DNA of 64,000 nucleotides, taken from Pseudomonadales bacterium (GTDB lineage: Bacteria > Pseudomonadota > Gammaproteobacteria > Pseudomonadales > Azotimanducaceae). The stretch is from contig SKUB01000153.1 in assembly GCA_007122315.1 (NCBI GenBank), forward strand, positions 7,450 through 71,449. Reading direction: 5' to 3'. This document shows positions 17,859-28,529 of the stretch, piece after piece. Below the pieces are notes generated by a model. That model saw only the letters and a list, made by a program, of their open reading frames with translations. It made no database searches and had not been told where the DNA came from. Numbering within the stretch: position 1 is the first letter of the stretch; every line of letters starts with the position of its first letter. The translations under genes and the position numbers were made by a program.

Positions 17859-19709
17859 GTGTCTTCGAGGATCGGAACCTGCCTTGCACTGGTGCCGGTC
17901 GCTCTGGCTGCGCTGGTCCTGGCAGGGCTGTTGCTGGTGTCGACGCAGCCTGGAGACGAGTCGTTGCGGCGACTCGATCTCAGCGTGCGCCAGGCAGCCG
18001 AGATAGCGCCGCGTGTAGTCGGCGCCGCCCTGGACATGGAACCGGGTGCGGCCGGCCGCATGGCCGTCGCCCGCAGTCAGGAAGCCCTCACCGAGCGCCT
18101 CACCCGGGCCAATCGCGCCTTCGAGACTCTGGAGCCGGTCGAGCCGGACGGATATCAGCGTCTGCGGCGCTACGCCGTGGTGGCGTTCAACAGTATCGAT
18201 GTGCAGGCCGCAGAGCGCGCCGGGGACGGGCGGCTGCGCGCTGAGTTCGCAGCGGTGAATGCCGGCGCCGCGGCGTTCTCGGTCCGGGCCGAGAACTACC
18301 TTACCGCGCATCAGCGGTGGAGCCGCAATCACGAGTTCATCGTGTCCGAGAGCCGTAATCTGGTGGGCACACTGCGCCGGGAGCGCGAGGGTGTGGCCGC
18401 TGATACGTTGTTCGCCAGCGTCGAGCAGCTGCTGGACCGGTCGCGCATGCAGATCATCCTCTCCGGAGCGGAGATCAATGCGCTGCTCGCAGCCGTGCGC
18501 AGCGTTGCAGAGCGCCTCCCGGTCGAGCAGCGTCCACGCATCGAAGCGCTCACCGACGCCATGGCTGCGCTGCCGTCGCAACAGCGCATGGTGCATGCGG
18601 CTGCAGAGGAACTCGAGGCAAGCCCGTTGCCGGGTCTGCTCAATGGTCTGCGCGAGCAGGTGAGCGCGGACATGGTGCATCGCTTATCCACGGTCAGTGA
18701 CGCCAGGGTCGTACTCAACGTCTACACCGGTCTGCTGCTGCTGGTTCTGGTCTACTTCGGACTGCGTTTGCGCACCTCCTATCGGGCCCTGAACCGCTCC
18801 CACGATGAACTCGAGACCCGGGTCCTGGAACGCACCCGGGATCTCGAGCAGGCCAACGTCGATCTCAAGGAGTCCCAGGTCCAGCTCGTCCAGGCGGAGA
18901 AAATGTCCTCGCTAGGCCAGCTCGTGGCGGGGGTGATGCACGAGATCAACACACCGTTGATGTACGTGCAGAGCAACGTCCAGACCAACGCCGAGAATCT
19001 TCAGGACATGCTCGGACAGATGCAGCCGGCCCTGGCGCTTGCACGCTGCGTGCATGCAGGCCGGGTCGACAGAGAGACGTTGCGTGAGCGGCTCACGGAG
19101 CTTGGCCACGCCCTCGAACCCCAGGCTTTCGAAGAAGGCATCGAGGAGTTGCGGCAACTGAGCGAGGACTCCGTGGACGGACTCCGTCAGATCGCCGAGC
19201 TGGTGCAGTCGTTGAAGGACTTCAGCCGCATGGACCGCGCTGACGAGGCGCGTTTCGACGTCCGCGATGGGCTCGAGAAGACGCTCACGATCACTCGCAG
19301 CACGCACAAGTACGGCGTTGAAGTGGTTCGCGATTTCGCTGACGTGCCCTTGATCCACTGCGCCCCGTCGAAGATCAATCAGGTCTTCATCAATCTGGTC
19401 AACAACGCCGTTCAGGCCATGGACGGCAGCGGCACGCTGACCCTCAGCACGCGTGCCCGGGAAGGCTGGGTGGAGGTTGCCGTGAGCGACACGGGCTGCG
19501 GGATCGCGCCTGAGCATCTGGACAAGATCACCGATCCGTTCTTCACCACCAAGCCGGTGGGCCAGGGCACCGGGCTCGGACTCTCCATCGTCCGGCAGAT
19601 CGTCGAAGAGCACGGCGGCCGTCTCCGCGTGGAGTCCGAACCCGGCCGCGGAACCACCATTACGCTCAGCCTGCCACTCGAGCGGGCGGCTTCAGAGGAG
19701 GCAGCCTGA
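17859..19709 (+). CDS. membrane sensor histidine kinase
   Basis: GTG 17859 with GGA ~9 nt upstream. There are two TM segments. The H-box is LVAGVMHEINTPL. The HATPase N/G boxes are NLVNNAVQAM, DTGCGI and GQGTGLGLSI. Confidence 0.85.
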   Translation: MSSRIGTCLALVPVALAALVLAGLLLVSTQPGDESLRRLDLSVRQAAEIAPRVVGAALDMEPGAAGRMAVARSQEALTERLTRANRAFETLEPVEPDGYQRLRRYAVVAFNSIDVQAAERAGDGRLRAEFAAVNAGAAAFSVRAENYLTAHQRWSRNHEFIVSESRNLVGTLRREREGVAADTLFASVEQLLDRSRMQIILSGAEINALLAAVRSVAERLPVEQRPRIEALTDAMAALPSQQRMVHAAAEELEASPLPGLLNGLREQVSADMVHRLSTVSDARVVLNVYTGLLLLVLVYFGLRLRTSYRALNRSHDELETRVLERTRDLEQANVDLKESQVQLVQAEKMSSLGQLVAGVMHEINTPLMYVQSNVQTNAENLQDMLGQMQPALALARCVHAGRVDRETLRERLTELGHALEPQAFEEGIEELRQLSEDSVDGLRQIAELVQSLKDFSRMDRADEARFDVRDGLEKTLTITRSTHKYGVEVVRDFADVPLIHCAPSKINQVFINLVNNAVQAMDGSGTLTLSTRAREGWVEVAVSDTGCGIAPEHLDKITDPFFTTKPVGQGTGLGLSIVRQIVEEHGGRLRVESEPGRGTTITLSLPLERAASEEAA

Positions 19710-20692
19710 TGACTGCGCAGGCCAGGATTCTGTTCATCGATGACGAGCAGCGGGTACTCACATCGATGCGGGCGATGTTTCGGCGGGATTACGAGGTTCA
19801 TCTCGCGAGTTCGGGTGCCGAGGCTCTGGCCCTCATGCGTGAGCATGACTTCGACGTGGTGGTGTCGGACCAGCGCATGCCGGAGATGACCGGCGTCGAA
19901 GTCCTGCGGGAAGCGCGCAGCATCGCACCTAAGTCGATGCGAATCCTGCTCACGGGATATGCGGATCTCGAGGCCATCGAGACTGCCATCAACGAAAGCG
20001 AGGTCTTCAGGTACCTGATGAAGCCCTGCCCGCGTGAACAGCTCAAGGAGACCATTGCCCTGGCGGTGGATGCGGTCCGTGGCATGAGCGCAGATGCGCG
20101 CGACGATGCCGCAGCAGCCCTGTCCGTAGGCGGCTCAGAAGCCGCTGCCGCAAGTGCTCCGGATTCCGCTGCCGTGACTGCGGTCGACCTCATGGTGCTC
20201 AGTGAGGACGGGGAGCTGTTGCAGGACGTCCGCCATGCGGTGGAGGACCGGTGGCAGGTGCATCACGCTGCTTCGGTCGCGGATGCGATCGATCTGCTCG
20301 CCGAACGGCCGGTGGGCGTGCTCATCACGGATGCGGCAGTGGACGAGGCAGCGGTGTCGGCATTGACCGCTGAACTGAAGCAGCACGTGCCCGAACTCGT
20401 GACCATCGTCGCGAGCCAGCGCTCCGATGCGCACATGCTCATCAACCTGATCAACCATGGTCAGGTGTTCCGCTTTCTCTTGAAGCCGGTGTCCGTCGGG
20501 CAGTGTCGGCTGTGGCTCAGCTCTGCAGTGACCCGCCATACAGAGCTTATGGCGCATCCGGAAACCGTCCAGCGCTACCGGGTTCCGGAATCGACGGCGA
20601 GCGACCGGCAGGGAGCGCTGTTCAGCGGTGTGATCGCAGGTGTGCGGCGGCTCCGCTCGCGCGTCCTCGGCCTCGGTGGATCGCCGGGATGA
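19709..20692 (+). CDS. response regulator with two tandem receiver-like domains and no output domain
   Basis: REC1: ILFIDDE...DVVVSDQRMPEMTG...VFRYLMKP. REC2-like: LMVLSEDGE...GVLITDAAV...VFRFLLKP. The start overlaps the kinase stop (TGATG). Confidence 0.85.
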   Translation: MTAQARILFIDDEQRVLTSMRAMFRRDYEVHLASSGAEALALMREHDFDVVVSDQRMPEMTGVEVLREARSIAPKSMRILLTGYADLEAIETAINESEVFRYLMKPCPREQLKETIALAVDAVRGMSADARDDAAAALSVGGSEAAAASAPDSAAVTAVDLMVLSEDGELLQDVRHAVEDRWQVHHAASVADAIDLLAERPVGVLITDAAVDEAAVSALTAELKQHVPELVTIVASQRSDAHMLINLINHGQVFRFLLKPVSVGQCRLWLSSAVTRHTELMAHPETVQRYRVPESTASDRQGALFSGVIAGVRRLRSRVLGLGGSPG

Positions 20693-22071
20693 ACATGCAG
20701 GCAGGGACGCTGCCGAAGGCGGGCGCCACGGCTGACGCCGCAGGCCTGATGCGAAGCTTCGGGCTGGCGTCCCTGGTGGTCGTGCTGGGGGTTGCCAGTG
20801 CCTGGTTCGTCGTCAAGCGTGTGGGTGATACGACGATCATGCTCGACGACGACATGTTGTTCGTCGAAACCACGCAGCGCAGCCGCAGGAGTGGTGTGGA
20901 TCTGCTGATCGAGCAGGCCGAACTGGCCTACGCAGCCGGGCGCATTCTGGAACCCCAATTCGACAGCGCGCTGTATTTCTATCAGGCGGTGCTGGCAGAG
21001 GATGCGCAGCACCGGGATGCGAGGCTGGGTCTGGAGCGGGTCATCGATTGGCTGCGCAGCGAGCTGGCGGCTGCCCGGGCAGCAGAGAATCTGCAGCGGG
21101 AAGTTGCGGTGACCGCTCGCATCGCCGACCTGCGTCCCGGCGATGAGGTGGCTTCCAGGGAGGCCCTGATTGCCCGTCGCAAGCTGAACTCCTGGCGGCA
21201 GTTCGAAGCGGCTCTGGCAAGCGGCGACATCAGGGAGGCTGGTGCGCGATATCGTGAATTGCGGGCTCTGCAGGGAGCCGATGCCATGGCGGATGCCGGC
21301 ATGGAGCGGGCGGTCGCCTCGCTCGTCACGCAGGCGCGGGCGGCCGCGAATCAAGGTGATGTCGAGCGTGCTCAAGCGGCACTGGACGAGGCCGTCGAGT
21401 GGGGCATCGACTCCGAGACCGAGACGTCCTTGAACGCCATGATCTCTGAAGCCCGGACCCCGGTGGGCGACGGCGCGTTCGAGGCGACGCTGACCGCAGC
21501 CGTGAGCGCCCTCGAAGATGGCCGCCTGATGGGCAGCGACAGTGCCTGGGAGCTGTTCCAGTCGGTACTGCGTGAGCACCCGGACCACTCGGGCGCCCAG
21601 GGTGGCATTCTGGAAGTGCGTTCTGCATTGCGCGCCCGTCTCCGTGATGCCATGGCTGCGGAGCAGTTCGACGCGGTTCCCGAGCTGCTCGAAGATGCCC
21701 GTCGCGCGGGGGTCTCCGAAGACGAGCGCGCCGCGCTGCGGCAGCAGCTGGAGTACCGCGAGCACGTCGCAGCCATGCGCCTTGGTCGCTTCGGCGAGCC
21801 GTTCCGCGTCTCCGACCTCGAAGTCATCAGTGAGCGCGCGCCGGTCTATCCCCGTGCCGCCATGACCCGACAGATCGAGGGCTGGGTGGATCTCGAGTTC
21901 ACCGTGTCCGCGACCGGGCGGGTCGAGGACGTGCATGTGCTGGAATCGTCGGCGTCGCTGTTCCATCAGGCCAGCATCGATGCCGTCGAAGGCTATCAGT
22001 TTGCGCCGTATCTGCTGCACGGACGCCCGGTTCCGGTGCGCGCCGCGGTGCGTTTCAACTATCGAATGTGA
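20689..22071 (+). CDS. membrane-anchored helical-repeat protein with TonB C-terminal domain
   Basis: ATG 20689 overlaps the RR stop (ATGA). One N-terminal TM (LASLVVVLGVASAWFVV) is followed by a ~330 aa Ala/Arg/Glu-rich helical region. The C-terminal PVYPRAAMTRQIEGWVDLEFTVSATGRVEDVHVLESS...ASIDAVEGYQFAP matches the TonB_C signature. Confidence 0.7.
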   Translation: MNMQAGTLPKAGATADAAGLMRSFGLASLVVVLGVASAWFVVKRVGDTTIMLDDDMLFVETTQRSRRSGVDLLIEQAELAYAAGRILEPQFDSALYFYQAVLAEDAQHRDARLGLERVIDWLRSELAAARAAENLQREVAVTARIADLRPGDEVASREALIARRKLNSWRQFEAALASGDIREAGARYRELRALQGADAMADAGMERAVASLVTQARAAANQGDVERAQAALDEAVEWGIDSETETSLNAMISEARTPVGDGAFEATLTAAVSALEDGRLMGSDSAWELFQSVLREHPDHSGAQGGILEVRSALRARLRDAMAAEQFDAVPELLEDARRAGVSEDERAALRQQLEYREHVAAMRLGRFGEPFRVSDLEVISERAPVYPRAAMTRQIEGWVDLEFTVSATGRVEDVHVLESSASLFHQASIDAVEGYQFAPYLLHGRPVPVRAAVRFNYRM

Positions 22072-22112
22072 CCTCAGTGGTACCATGCGCGCCTTGACCC
22101 CGGTTGGAGCGC

Positions 22113-23081
22113 ATGATGAAGGCCATCGACATCGAGAACGGCGAACTCATCTGGACCGATGTCGACGATCCCGTGCCCGGTCCGGGCGAGATCCTGATCC
22201 GCAACGAAGCGACGGCGGTCAATCGGGCCGATCTGGTGCAACGTTCCGGCAACTATCCCCCGCCGCCGGGCGCGAGTCCCATTCTCGGGCTGGAGTGCGC
22301 CGGCGAAGTCACGGGCCTCGGGGAAGGCGTGACGAGTTTCGCCAAGGGTGATCGGGTCTGTGCGCTGCTCTCCGGTGGCGGCTACGCGGAACAGGTCGTG
22401 GTTCCGGCCGGTCAGGCGCGGCGCATTCCCGCCGGACTCTCTGCGGTACAGGCAGCAGCCATCCCGGAAGTGTTCGCCACCGCCTACCTGAACCTGTTCA
22501 TGGAGGCGCGCCTCGAGGTGGGGGAGCGGGTGCTGCTGCATGCAGGTGCAAGTGGTGTTGGAACGGCGGGCATCCAGCTTTGCCGGGCCTTCGACAATCC
22601 AGTCTGGGTGACGGCAGGATCAGCGGCCAAGATCGAGCGCTGCGTCGCACTCGGCGCCCAGGGTGGGCACGACCGTCATCAGGGCAGCTTCCGTGAACAG
22701 GTCGAGTCATGGACCGGTGGCACCGGGTTCGACGTCATTCTGGACCCGGTGGGTGCGGCCTATCTGGCTGACAATCTGCGGACGTTGGCGGTGGACGGGC
22801 GGCTCGTGATCATCGGCTTGATGGGAGGCGCCAAGGCAGAGCTCGAGATCGGCCTGATGATGGTGAAGCGCCTGCGCGTCATTGGCTCGACGCTGCGGGC
22901 ACGTTCCGTCGCCGCCAAATCGGCCGTCATGGACGAACTCGAGCATCGGGTGTGGCCCTTGCTCGCCGACGGCAGCATCAAGCCGGTAATCGAGGCTACG
23001 CTGGCCATCACCGATGCTGCCGAAGCTCATGCGCTCATCGCCGGCAATGACACCTTCGGCAAGGTCGTTCTGACGTTCTGA
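22113..23081 (+). CDS. NAD(P)H:quinone oxidoreductase (MDR superfamily, PIG3-like)
   Basis: GEILIRNEATAVNRADLVQRSGNYPPPPGASPILGLECAGEV and GASGVGTAGIQL. The start is ATG 22113 or 22116 after GGAG 22106-22109; the listed start 22104 is TTG. Confidence 0.8.
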   Translation: MMKAIDIENGELIWTDVDDPVPGPGEILIRNEATAVNRADLVQRSGNYPPPPGASPILGLECAGEVTGLGEGVTSFAKGDRVCALLSGGGYAEQVVVPAGQARRIPAGLSAVQAAAIPEVFATAYLNLFMEARLEVGERVLLHAGASGVGTAGIQLCRAFDNPVWVTAGSAAKIERCVALGAQGGHDRHQGSFREQVESWTGGTGFDVILDPVGAAYLADNLRTLAVDGRLVIIGLMGGAKAELEIGLMMVKRLRVIGSTLRARSVAAKSAVMDELEHRVWPLLADGSIKPVIEATLAITDAAEAHALIAGNDTFGKVVLTF

Positions 23082-23083
23082 CG

Positions 23084-25855
23084 TCAGGCGAGGGCGGCGA
23101 TCTCGGCGCGCTGGGCTTCCAGACGTGCGAGCGCGGCGGCAGCCTCTTCACGCTTGCTGCGTTCCTTCGCCACCACCTCGTCGGGTGCCTTGGCGACGAA
23201 GCTCTCGTTCGCCAGCTTTTTCTCCACCCGGTCGATGTCGCTGCGCCGGCGCTCGATCTCCTTGTCGAGGCGGGTCAGCTCCGCGTCGCGGTCAATGAGG
23301 CCGGCCATGGGTACGAGCACCCGCAGGGCGCCGACGAGCTGGATCGATGCCGGTGGAATCGTAGAGCCCACCGGCAGGTAGTCGATGGTCTCGAGACGCG
23401 CGAGCTGCATCAGGTAGTCCCGATTGCGCTCGAGTCGTTCATGGTCGCTGGTCTCGCCGTCGGCAAACAGCAGCGGAATGGCGCGGCCGGGCGCCAGATT
23501 CATCTCGCCGCGTATGTTGCGTACACCCTGGATGATCCCCTTGACCCATTCGATCTCGGCCTCGGCTTCGACATCGGTCCGGGAGGCGTCGGCCTCCGGG
23601 TAGGCTTCAAGCATGATGCTCGCGCCGGTGCAGCCGGTGAGCGGGCGCATGGCGCGCCAGATCGTTTCCGTCAGGAAGGGGATGATGGGATGCGCGATGC
23701 GCAGGATTGCCTCGAGTACCGCGATGAGCGTGACCCGGGCCGCGCGCTCAGCAGCAGGCTGACCACTCTTGAGCACCGGCTTGGTGAGTTCCAGATACCA
23801 GTCGCAGTACTCGTGCCAGACGAAGTCGTAGATGTGCTGGGCGAGCAGGTCGAAGCGGAACGTCTCCATGGCCAGGTGCACGTCGTGGATGAGCCGCTCC
23901 AGGCGTGAGCGGATCCAGCGATCGGCTGCGGACGGCGTGAGTTCGCCTTCGAGGTCCGCACCCTCGGTATTCATGCGCACGTAATTCGCGGCGTTCCAGA
24001 GCTTGTTGCAGAAATTGCGGTAGCCCTCGATACGATTCAGGTCGAAGCGCACGTCCCGGCCTGTGGACGCCAGGGCGCAGAACGTGAAGCGCAGGGCGTC
24101 GGTACCGAATGCGGGAATGCCATCCGGGAAGTCGCGCCGGGTGACCTTGGCAATGCGCTTCTCCATCTGCGGCTGCATCAGGCCAGAAGTGCGTTTCGCC
24201 ACCAGCGATTCGAGTTCGATGCCGTCGATGAGATCGATGGGATCGAGGCCGTTGCCCTTGGATTTGGACATTTTCTGGCCGTCGGCGTCGCGTACCAGGC
24301 CATGGATGTAGACCGTGTGGAACGGCACTTCGCCGGTGAACTTCAGCGTCATCATGATCATCCTGGCGACCCAGAAGAAAATGATGTCGTGGCCGGTGAC
24401 CAGCACGTCGGTGGGGTGGAACGTACGCAGGGCGTCGGTGTCCTCAGGCCAGCCGAGAGTGCCGAACGTCCACAGCGCGGACGAGAACCAGGTCTCGAGC
24501 ACGTCCGGGTCCTGAGCCAGCTCGAGGTCCGCGGACAGGTTGTGCCGGGCACGGACATCGGCCTCGTCATGGCCCACGTAGATGTTGCCGTCATGGTCGT
24601 ACCATGCCGGGATCCGGTGGCCCCACCAGAGCTGTCGGCTGATGCACCAGTCCTGGATCTCGCGCATCCAGGCGAAGTAGGTGTTCTCGTATTGTTTCGG
24701 AACGAAGCGGATGTCGCCGTTCTCGACCGCGCTGATGGCAGGGCGGGCGATGTCCGCCATGGCCACGAACCACTGATCCGTGAGCCAAGGCTCGATCACC
24801 GCGCCGCTGCGGTCGCCGCGCGGGACCTTGAGTGGATGATCGTCCACCTTCGCAAGCAGCCCAAGTCCGTCGAGGTCGGCCACGACGCGCTCTCGTGCAA
24901 CGAAGCGGTCGAGCCCACGGTAGGCCTCCGGCACCGCATCGTTCAGCTTTGCGCCGGCGTCGAAGATGTTGATCAGCGGCAGATCATGTCGTTGTCCGAC
25001 CGCATAGTCGTTGAAGTCATGGGCCGGCGTGATCTTGACGCAACCGCTGCCGAATGCGGGATCCACGTAGTCGTCTGCGATTACAGGGATGCGGCGTCCG
25101 GTGAGCGGCAGTTCCACCTCCGCGCCGATGAGATCGGCGAAACGTTCGTCTTCCGGGTGCACGGCCACTGCCGTGTCGCCGAGCATGGTCTCGGGTCGGG
25201 TCGTCGCCACCACGAGATGATCGGCACCGCCGCCGGTCCTGCGGCCGTCGGCGAGGGGATAGCGGAAGTGCCACAGATGGCCCTTCTCGTCTTCGTTCTG
25301 GACCTCCAGGTCGGACAATGCGGTCTTCAGTTCCGGATCCCAGTTGACCAGGCGTTTGCCGCGGTAGATCAGCCCCTCGTGGTACAGGCGCACGAACACT
25401 TCGCGCACGGCACGGGAGAAACCCTCGTCCATGGTGAAGCGTTCCCGCGACCAGTCCACCGATGCGCCCATGCGCCGCAGCTGGTTCGTGATTTCACCGC
25501 CGGAGCTGTGCTTCCAGTTCCACACCCGTTCGACGAATGCGTCACGACCGAGATCCGTGCGTGATTTCTGCTCCAGCGCCAGCTGCCGCTCCACCACCAT
25601 CTGGGTCGCGATCCCGGCGTGGTCGGTGCCCACCTGCCACAGGGTGTTGCGGCCGCGCATGCGCTGGTAGCGGACCAGCGCGTCCATCAGCGTGTCCTGG
25701 AAAGCGTGCCCCATGTGCAGGCTGCCGGTCACGTTCGGCGGTGGGATCATGATGCAATAGGGCTCGCCGCTGCCGGACGGCGCGAAGTGGCCCGCCTGCT
25801 CCCATTCCTGATACAGGGCCGTCTCGATCGCCTTCGGCTGATAGGTCTTGTCCAT
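23084..25855 (-). CDS. valS: valine--tRNA ligase
   Basis: [33 protein letters not shown] (HIGH), KMSKSKGN (KMSKS), and a C-terminal coiled coil. The listed ORF upstream of 25855 is a spurious in-frame extension. Confidence 0.95.
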   Translation of the reverse strand: MDKTYQPKAIETALYQEWEQAGHFAPSGSGEPYCIMIPPPNVTGSLHMGHAFQDTLMDALVRYQRMRGRNTLWQVGTDHAGIATQMVVERQLALEQKSRTDLGRDAFVERVWNWKHSSGGEITNQLRRMGASVDWSRERFTMDEGFSRAVREVFVRLYHEGLIYRGKRLVNWDPELKTALSDLEVQNEDEKGHLWHFRYPLADGRRTGGGADHLVVATTRPETMLGDTAVAVHPEDERFADLIGAEVELPLTGRRIPVIADDYVDPAFGSGCVKITPAHDFNDYAVGQRHDLPLINIFDAGAKLNDAVPEAYRGLDRFVARERVVADLDGLGLLAKVDDHPLKVPRGDRSGAVIEPWLTDQWFVAMADIARPAISAVENGDIRFVPKQYENTYFAWMREIQDWCISRQLWWGHRIPAWYDHDGNIYVGHDEADVRARHNLSADLELAQDPDVLETWFSSALWTFGTLGWPEDTDALRTFHPTDVLVTGHDIIFFWVARMIMMTLKFTGEVPFHTVYIHGLVRDADGQKMSKSKGNGLDPIDLIDGIELESLVAKRTSGLMQPQMEKRIAKVTRRDFPDGIPAFGTDALRFTFCALASTGRDVRFDLNRIEGYRNFCNKLWNAANYVRMNTEGADLEGELTPSAADRWIRSRLERLIHDVHLAMETFRFDLLAQHIYDFVWHEYCDWYLELTKPVLKSGQPAAERAARVTLIAVLEAILRIAHPIIPFLTETIWRAMRPLTGCTGASIMLEAYPEADASRTDVEAEAEIEWVKGIIQGVRNIRGEMNLAPGRAIPLLFADGETSDHERLERNRDYLMQLARLETIDYLPVGSTIPPASIQLVGALRVLVPMAGLIDRDAELTRLDKEIERRRSDIDRVEKKLANESFVAKAPDEVVAKERSKREEAAAALARLEAQRAEIAALA

Positions 25856-25877
25856 GGGCGTGCTGCACTTCCGTCCG

Positions 25878-26417
25878 TCAGTCTTGCGGGGGCGACTCGG
25901 CGCCCGGATCGCCGAAGGTGGACTCCACCAGGCGGGTGAGTTCGGTCTGGAGCACCTCCAGCAGGCGATCTTGCAGATCGTCCAGGGTCTCGGTGACGAC
26001 CTGTTCCAGCGCTGGCGGCAGTTCGGCGTCGACCCGGTCGTGCAGTCGTGAGAGCACCGCGTCGTCCACCTCGGGATCGATGCATGCGGCCAGTTCGTCG
26101 GCCCGTTCCCGTGCCGCCGCCAGAATGGCGTCGCTGCGGCGCTGCCAGGAGGCGTCGAACAATCGATCCGCGAACTGGCGGGCGTCGAACAGATCCTCCT
26201 GAATCTCTTCCTCGGACCGGCGTGCCTTGGGTTCCTCGCTGGCGGTCGTTGGCTTCGCAGCAGGCCTCGCTGGCGGGACGATTTCCCGCAGAATGGGAAT
26301 CTCCATCCCGCTGCGCTCGGCGTCGAGCAGATCGCGGATCGACTCCAGATCATCGAGCAGCTTGCGGCGCTTGCCTGGCGGCTCAGGATCGGGTCGCTGT
26401 TTGCGGTCGTCGCTCAT
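25878..26417 (-). CDS. acidic hypothetical protein between holC and valS
   Basis: A 179-aa ORF, co-directional and tightly packed with holC and valS. It is charged and low-complexity, and I recognise no motif. A small hypothetical gene sits in the same position in Pseudomonas, as far as I recall. Confidence 0.5.
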   Translation of the reverse strand: MSDDRKQRPDPEPPGKRRKLLDDLESIRDLLDAERSGMEIPILREIVPPARPAAKPTTASEEPKARRSEEEIQEDLFDARQFADRLFDASWQRRSDAILAAARERADELAACIDPEVDDAVLSRLHDRVDAELPPALEQVVTETLDDLQDRLLEVLQTELTRLVESTFGDPGAESPPQD

Positions 26418-26451
26418 GTCTCGTTCCGTGGTCCTGATAGACCGGCTGACT

Positions 26452-26901
26452 TCAACTCAGGTCGTGGTGGTGCAACGGATAGCCGCGTTCCCGATAGAAA
26501 CGATAACTTGCCCGGCCGGCACTGCGAACCGTCTCATCCTGACAGATGATCTCGGCCACGCGGTCGAAGGCTGCGAACCGCGCTGGAACCTCGAGTTCCA
26601 GATTGATCAGCAGATCATGCGTCGGCAGGGCGGCAGGATCCATCGCTGCCAGCTCCGCTGCCGCCGCGAGTACCACCGGTGTGCGCGCGGCAAGCGCGTC
26701 GTTCATTCGCACGTGGCCTAGGAAGGCCCCGCGGGGCTCTTCCCAGAGCAATCCCTCGAGGCGTTCGAGCGCCGCTTCATCCGCGAGCTGGATCAGGCTC
26801 CTGTGTCCCTGCCGGAACGCTTTCGCTGCCAGGCGGGCTGCGAATCGCTCACGCGCATCGAGACGCAGGTCAGGCAGCAGGTAGAAGTCGATCCGGGTCA
26901 T
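26452..26901 (-). CDS. holC: DNA polymerase III subunit chi
   Basis: MTRIDFYLLP..., about 150 aa, in the conserved position between pepA and valS. ATG 26901 is preferred. Confidence 0.8.
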   Translation of the reverse strand: MTRIDFYLLPDLRLDARERFAARLAAKAFRQGHRSLIQLADEAALERLEGLLWEEPRGAFLGHVRMNDALAARTPVVLAAAAELAAMDPAALPTHDLLINLELEVPARFAAFDRVAEIICQDETVRSAGRASYRFYRERGYPLHHHDLS

Positions 26902-26916
26902 GCGCGGTCCTTGCAC

Positions 26917-28410
26917 TCAACCGACGTGGGATCGCAGCCACTCCACCAGCAGGCGTACCGGGCGGCCTGTGGCACCCTTCTTGGTCCCGGTGTTCCAGGC
27001 GGAGCCGGCAACGTCCAGGTGCGCCCAGCGGTAGTTGCGGGTGTAGCGCGAGAGGAAACAGGCGGCCGTGACGCTGCCGGCCTCACGCCCGCCTACGTTT
27101 GCCATGTCGGCGAAATTGCTCCGCAACTGCTGCTGGTAGTCCTCCCACAGCGGCATGCGCCAGGCGCGATCACCGCTGCGCTCGCCGGCGCCCAGCAGGC
27201 CTGCCGCGAGTTCGTCGTCGTTCGCATACAGGGCACTGGCGTGGTTGCCGAGGGCGATCACGCAGGCGCCGGTGAGCGTGGCGATGTCCACCACGGCCTC
27301 CGGCTTGTAACGTTCGGCGTAGGTGAGGGTATCGCACAGCACCATCCTGCCTTCTGCATCCGTGTTGAGGATCTCCACGGTCTGCCCGCTCATGGTGCGG
27401 ACGATGTCGCCCGGGCGGCTGGCGCTGCCGCTCGGCATGTTCTCGGCAGCGGCCACCAGAGCCACCACGTTCAGGGGGAGTTCCATGGCCAGCACGGCCT
27501 GCATGGTTCCGAACACGCTGGCGGCGCCGCACATGTCGAACTTCATCTCGTCCATGCCCGGTCCGGCCTTGATGCTGATGCCGCCGGTATCGAACGTGAT
27601 GCCCTTGCCGACCAGGACCAGCGGCTTCGCCTTCTGGGCACCGCCCCGATACTCCATCACGATCAGCTTGGCCGGCTGCTCCGTACCCGCGGTGACCGAC
27701 AGGAATGCGCCCATGCCGAGCGACTTCATCTGCTTCTCGTCCAGAATGCGCACGCTGAGCTGTTTCGAGCCCTGGCCGAGCTTGCGCGCTTCAGCTGCGA
27801 GATAGGTGGGATGACAGACATTGCCAGGCAGGTTGCCGAGGGTGCGCGCAGTGGCGACGCCGCCGGCGATGGCGACAGCATCCTTGATGGCACGGTCGAT
27901 GCCGGCGCGGCCGGCCGCGGACTGGTGCAGATTGAAGCGGTGCAGATTGACCTGAAGGGCTTCCCCCGGTTCACTCAGGTAGTCGTGGAAGCGGTAGGTC
28001 TCTTCGCTGGCCTGCATGACGGCCTCCGCCGCGCACCAGCTCGGATCGTGATCCTTCACGTCGACGTCATCGAGACAGAGGGTCGCGTCGGTGGCTCCGG
28101 TGGTGACCACCGCCGCCACCGCACTGCGCACCAGCTTGCGGAAACCCGCTGCGTCCAGCGGCAGTTTGCCGCTCTGCACCAGCAGCAGGCGGGGCGTACG
28201 CAACCCCGCGGGCTCCGCCAGCAGCAGCGTGCGGCCGAGGCTGCGACCGAGATCGCCGCGCTCCAGCGCTCGCGTGATTCGGCCGTCGCTGATGGCGTCG
28301 AGCTTTTTCGCGGTGGCACCGAGCTCGCGCTCGGGCCCGATCGGGAGGATCAGGCAGTCGGTACGCACATTTTCAGGCTTGCCGCCCTTCAGCGCATGGT
28401 CCATGGGCAC
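26917..28410 (-). CDS. pepA: leucyl aminopeptidase
   Basis: M17 signature NTDAEGRMVLCD, VGKGITFDTGGISIK, and TLTGACVIALG. Confidence 0.93.
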   Translation of the reverse strand: MPMDHALKGGKPENVRTDCLILPIGPERELGATAKKLDAISDGRITRALERGDLGRSLGRTLLLAEPAGLRTPRLLLVQSGKLPLDAAGFRKLVRSAVAAVVTTGATDATLCLDDVDVKDHDPSWCAAEAVMQASEETYRFHDYLSEPGEALQVNLHRFNLHQSAAGRAGIDRAIKDAVAIAGGVATARTLGNLPGNVCHPTYLAAEARKLGQGSKQLSVRILDEKQMKSLGMGAFLSVTAGTEQPAKLIVMEYRGGAQKAKPLVLVGKGITFDTGGISIKAGPGMDEMKFDMCGAASVFGTMQAVLAMELPLNVVALVAAAENMPSGSASRPGDIVRTMSGQTVEILNTDAEGRMVLCDTLTYAERYKPEAVVDIATLTGACVIALGNHASALYANDDELAAGLLGAGERSGDRAWRMPLWEDYQQQLRSNFADMANVGGREAGSVTAACFLSRYTRNYRWAHLDVAGSAWNTGTKKGATGRPVRLLVEWLRSHVG

Positions 28411-28529
28411 TCCAGCAGCTCAGTGATCGGTACGGGGGTCAGCGCGCGCTTGCGGGGCGCGGCCGGAATCAGCGCGCAAGTGTACGGCAAAAGACCAGGC
28501 GCTTCAGGGTCAAAAGGAGCGCAAGCCGC

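Noticed and set aside
23078-23087. Convergent stop codons embedded in palindromes: CTGACGTCAG for qor/valS, and TGATCA at 32228-32233 for the PA2779/PA2778-like pair.
   Set aside because: TGA facing TCA is inherently palindromic when convergent genes abut. There is no extended stem or U-tract, so there is no evidence of a specific element.
25856-26353. Long N-terminal extensions of listed ORFs: valS to 26353, carboxylesterase to 15617, amidohydrolase fusion from 39564, hisS from 59699, rodZ from 58654, iscS from 55100, PA2778-like to 33646, and TonB-like from 20503.
   Set aside because: The extensions overlap neighbouring genes and have no homology-like sequence. Internal starts with SD-like sequences, or starts that match the N-termini of known orthologues, explain the proteins better.
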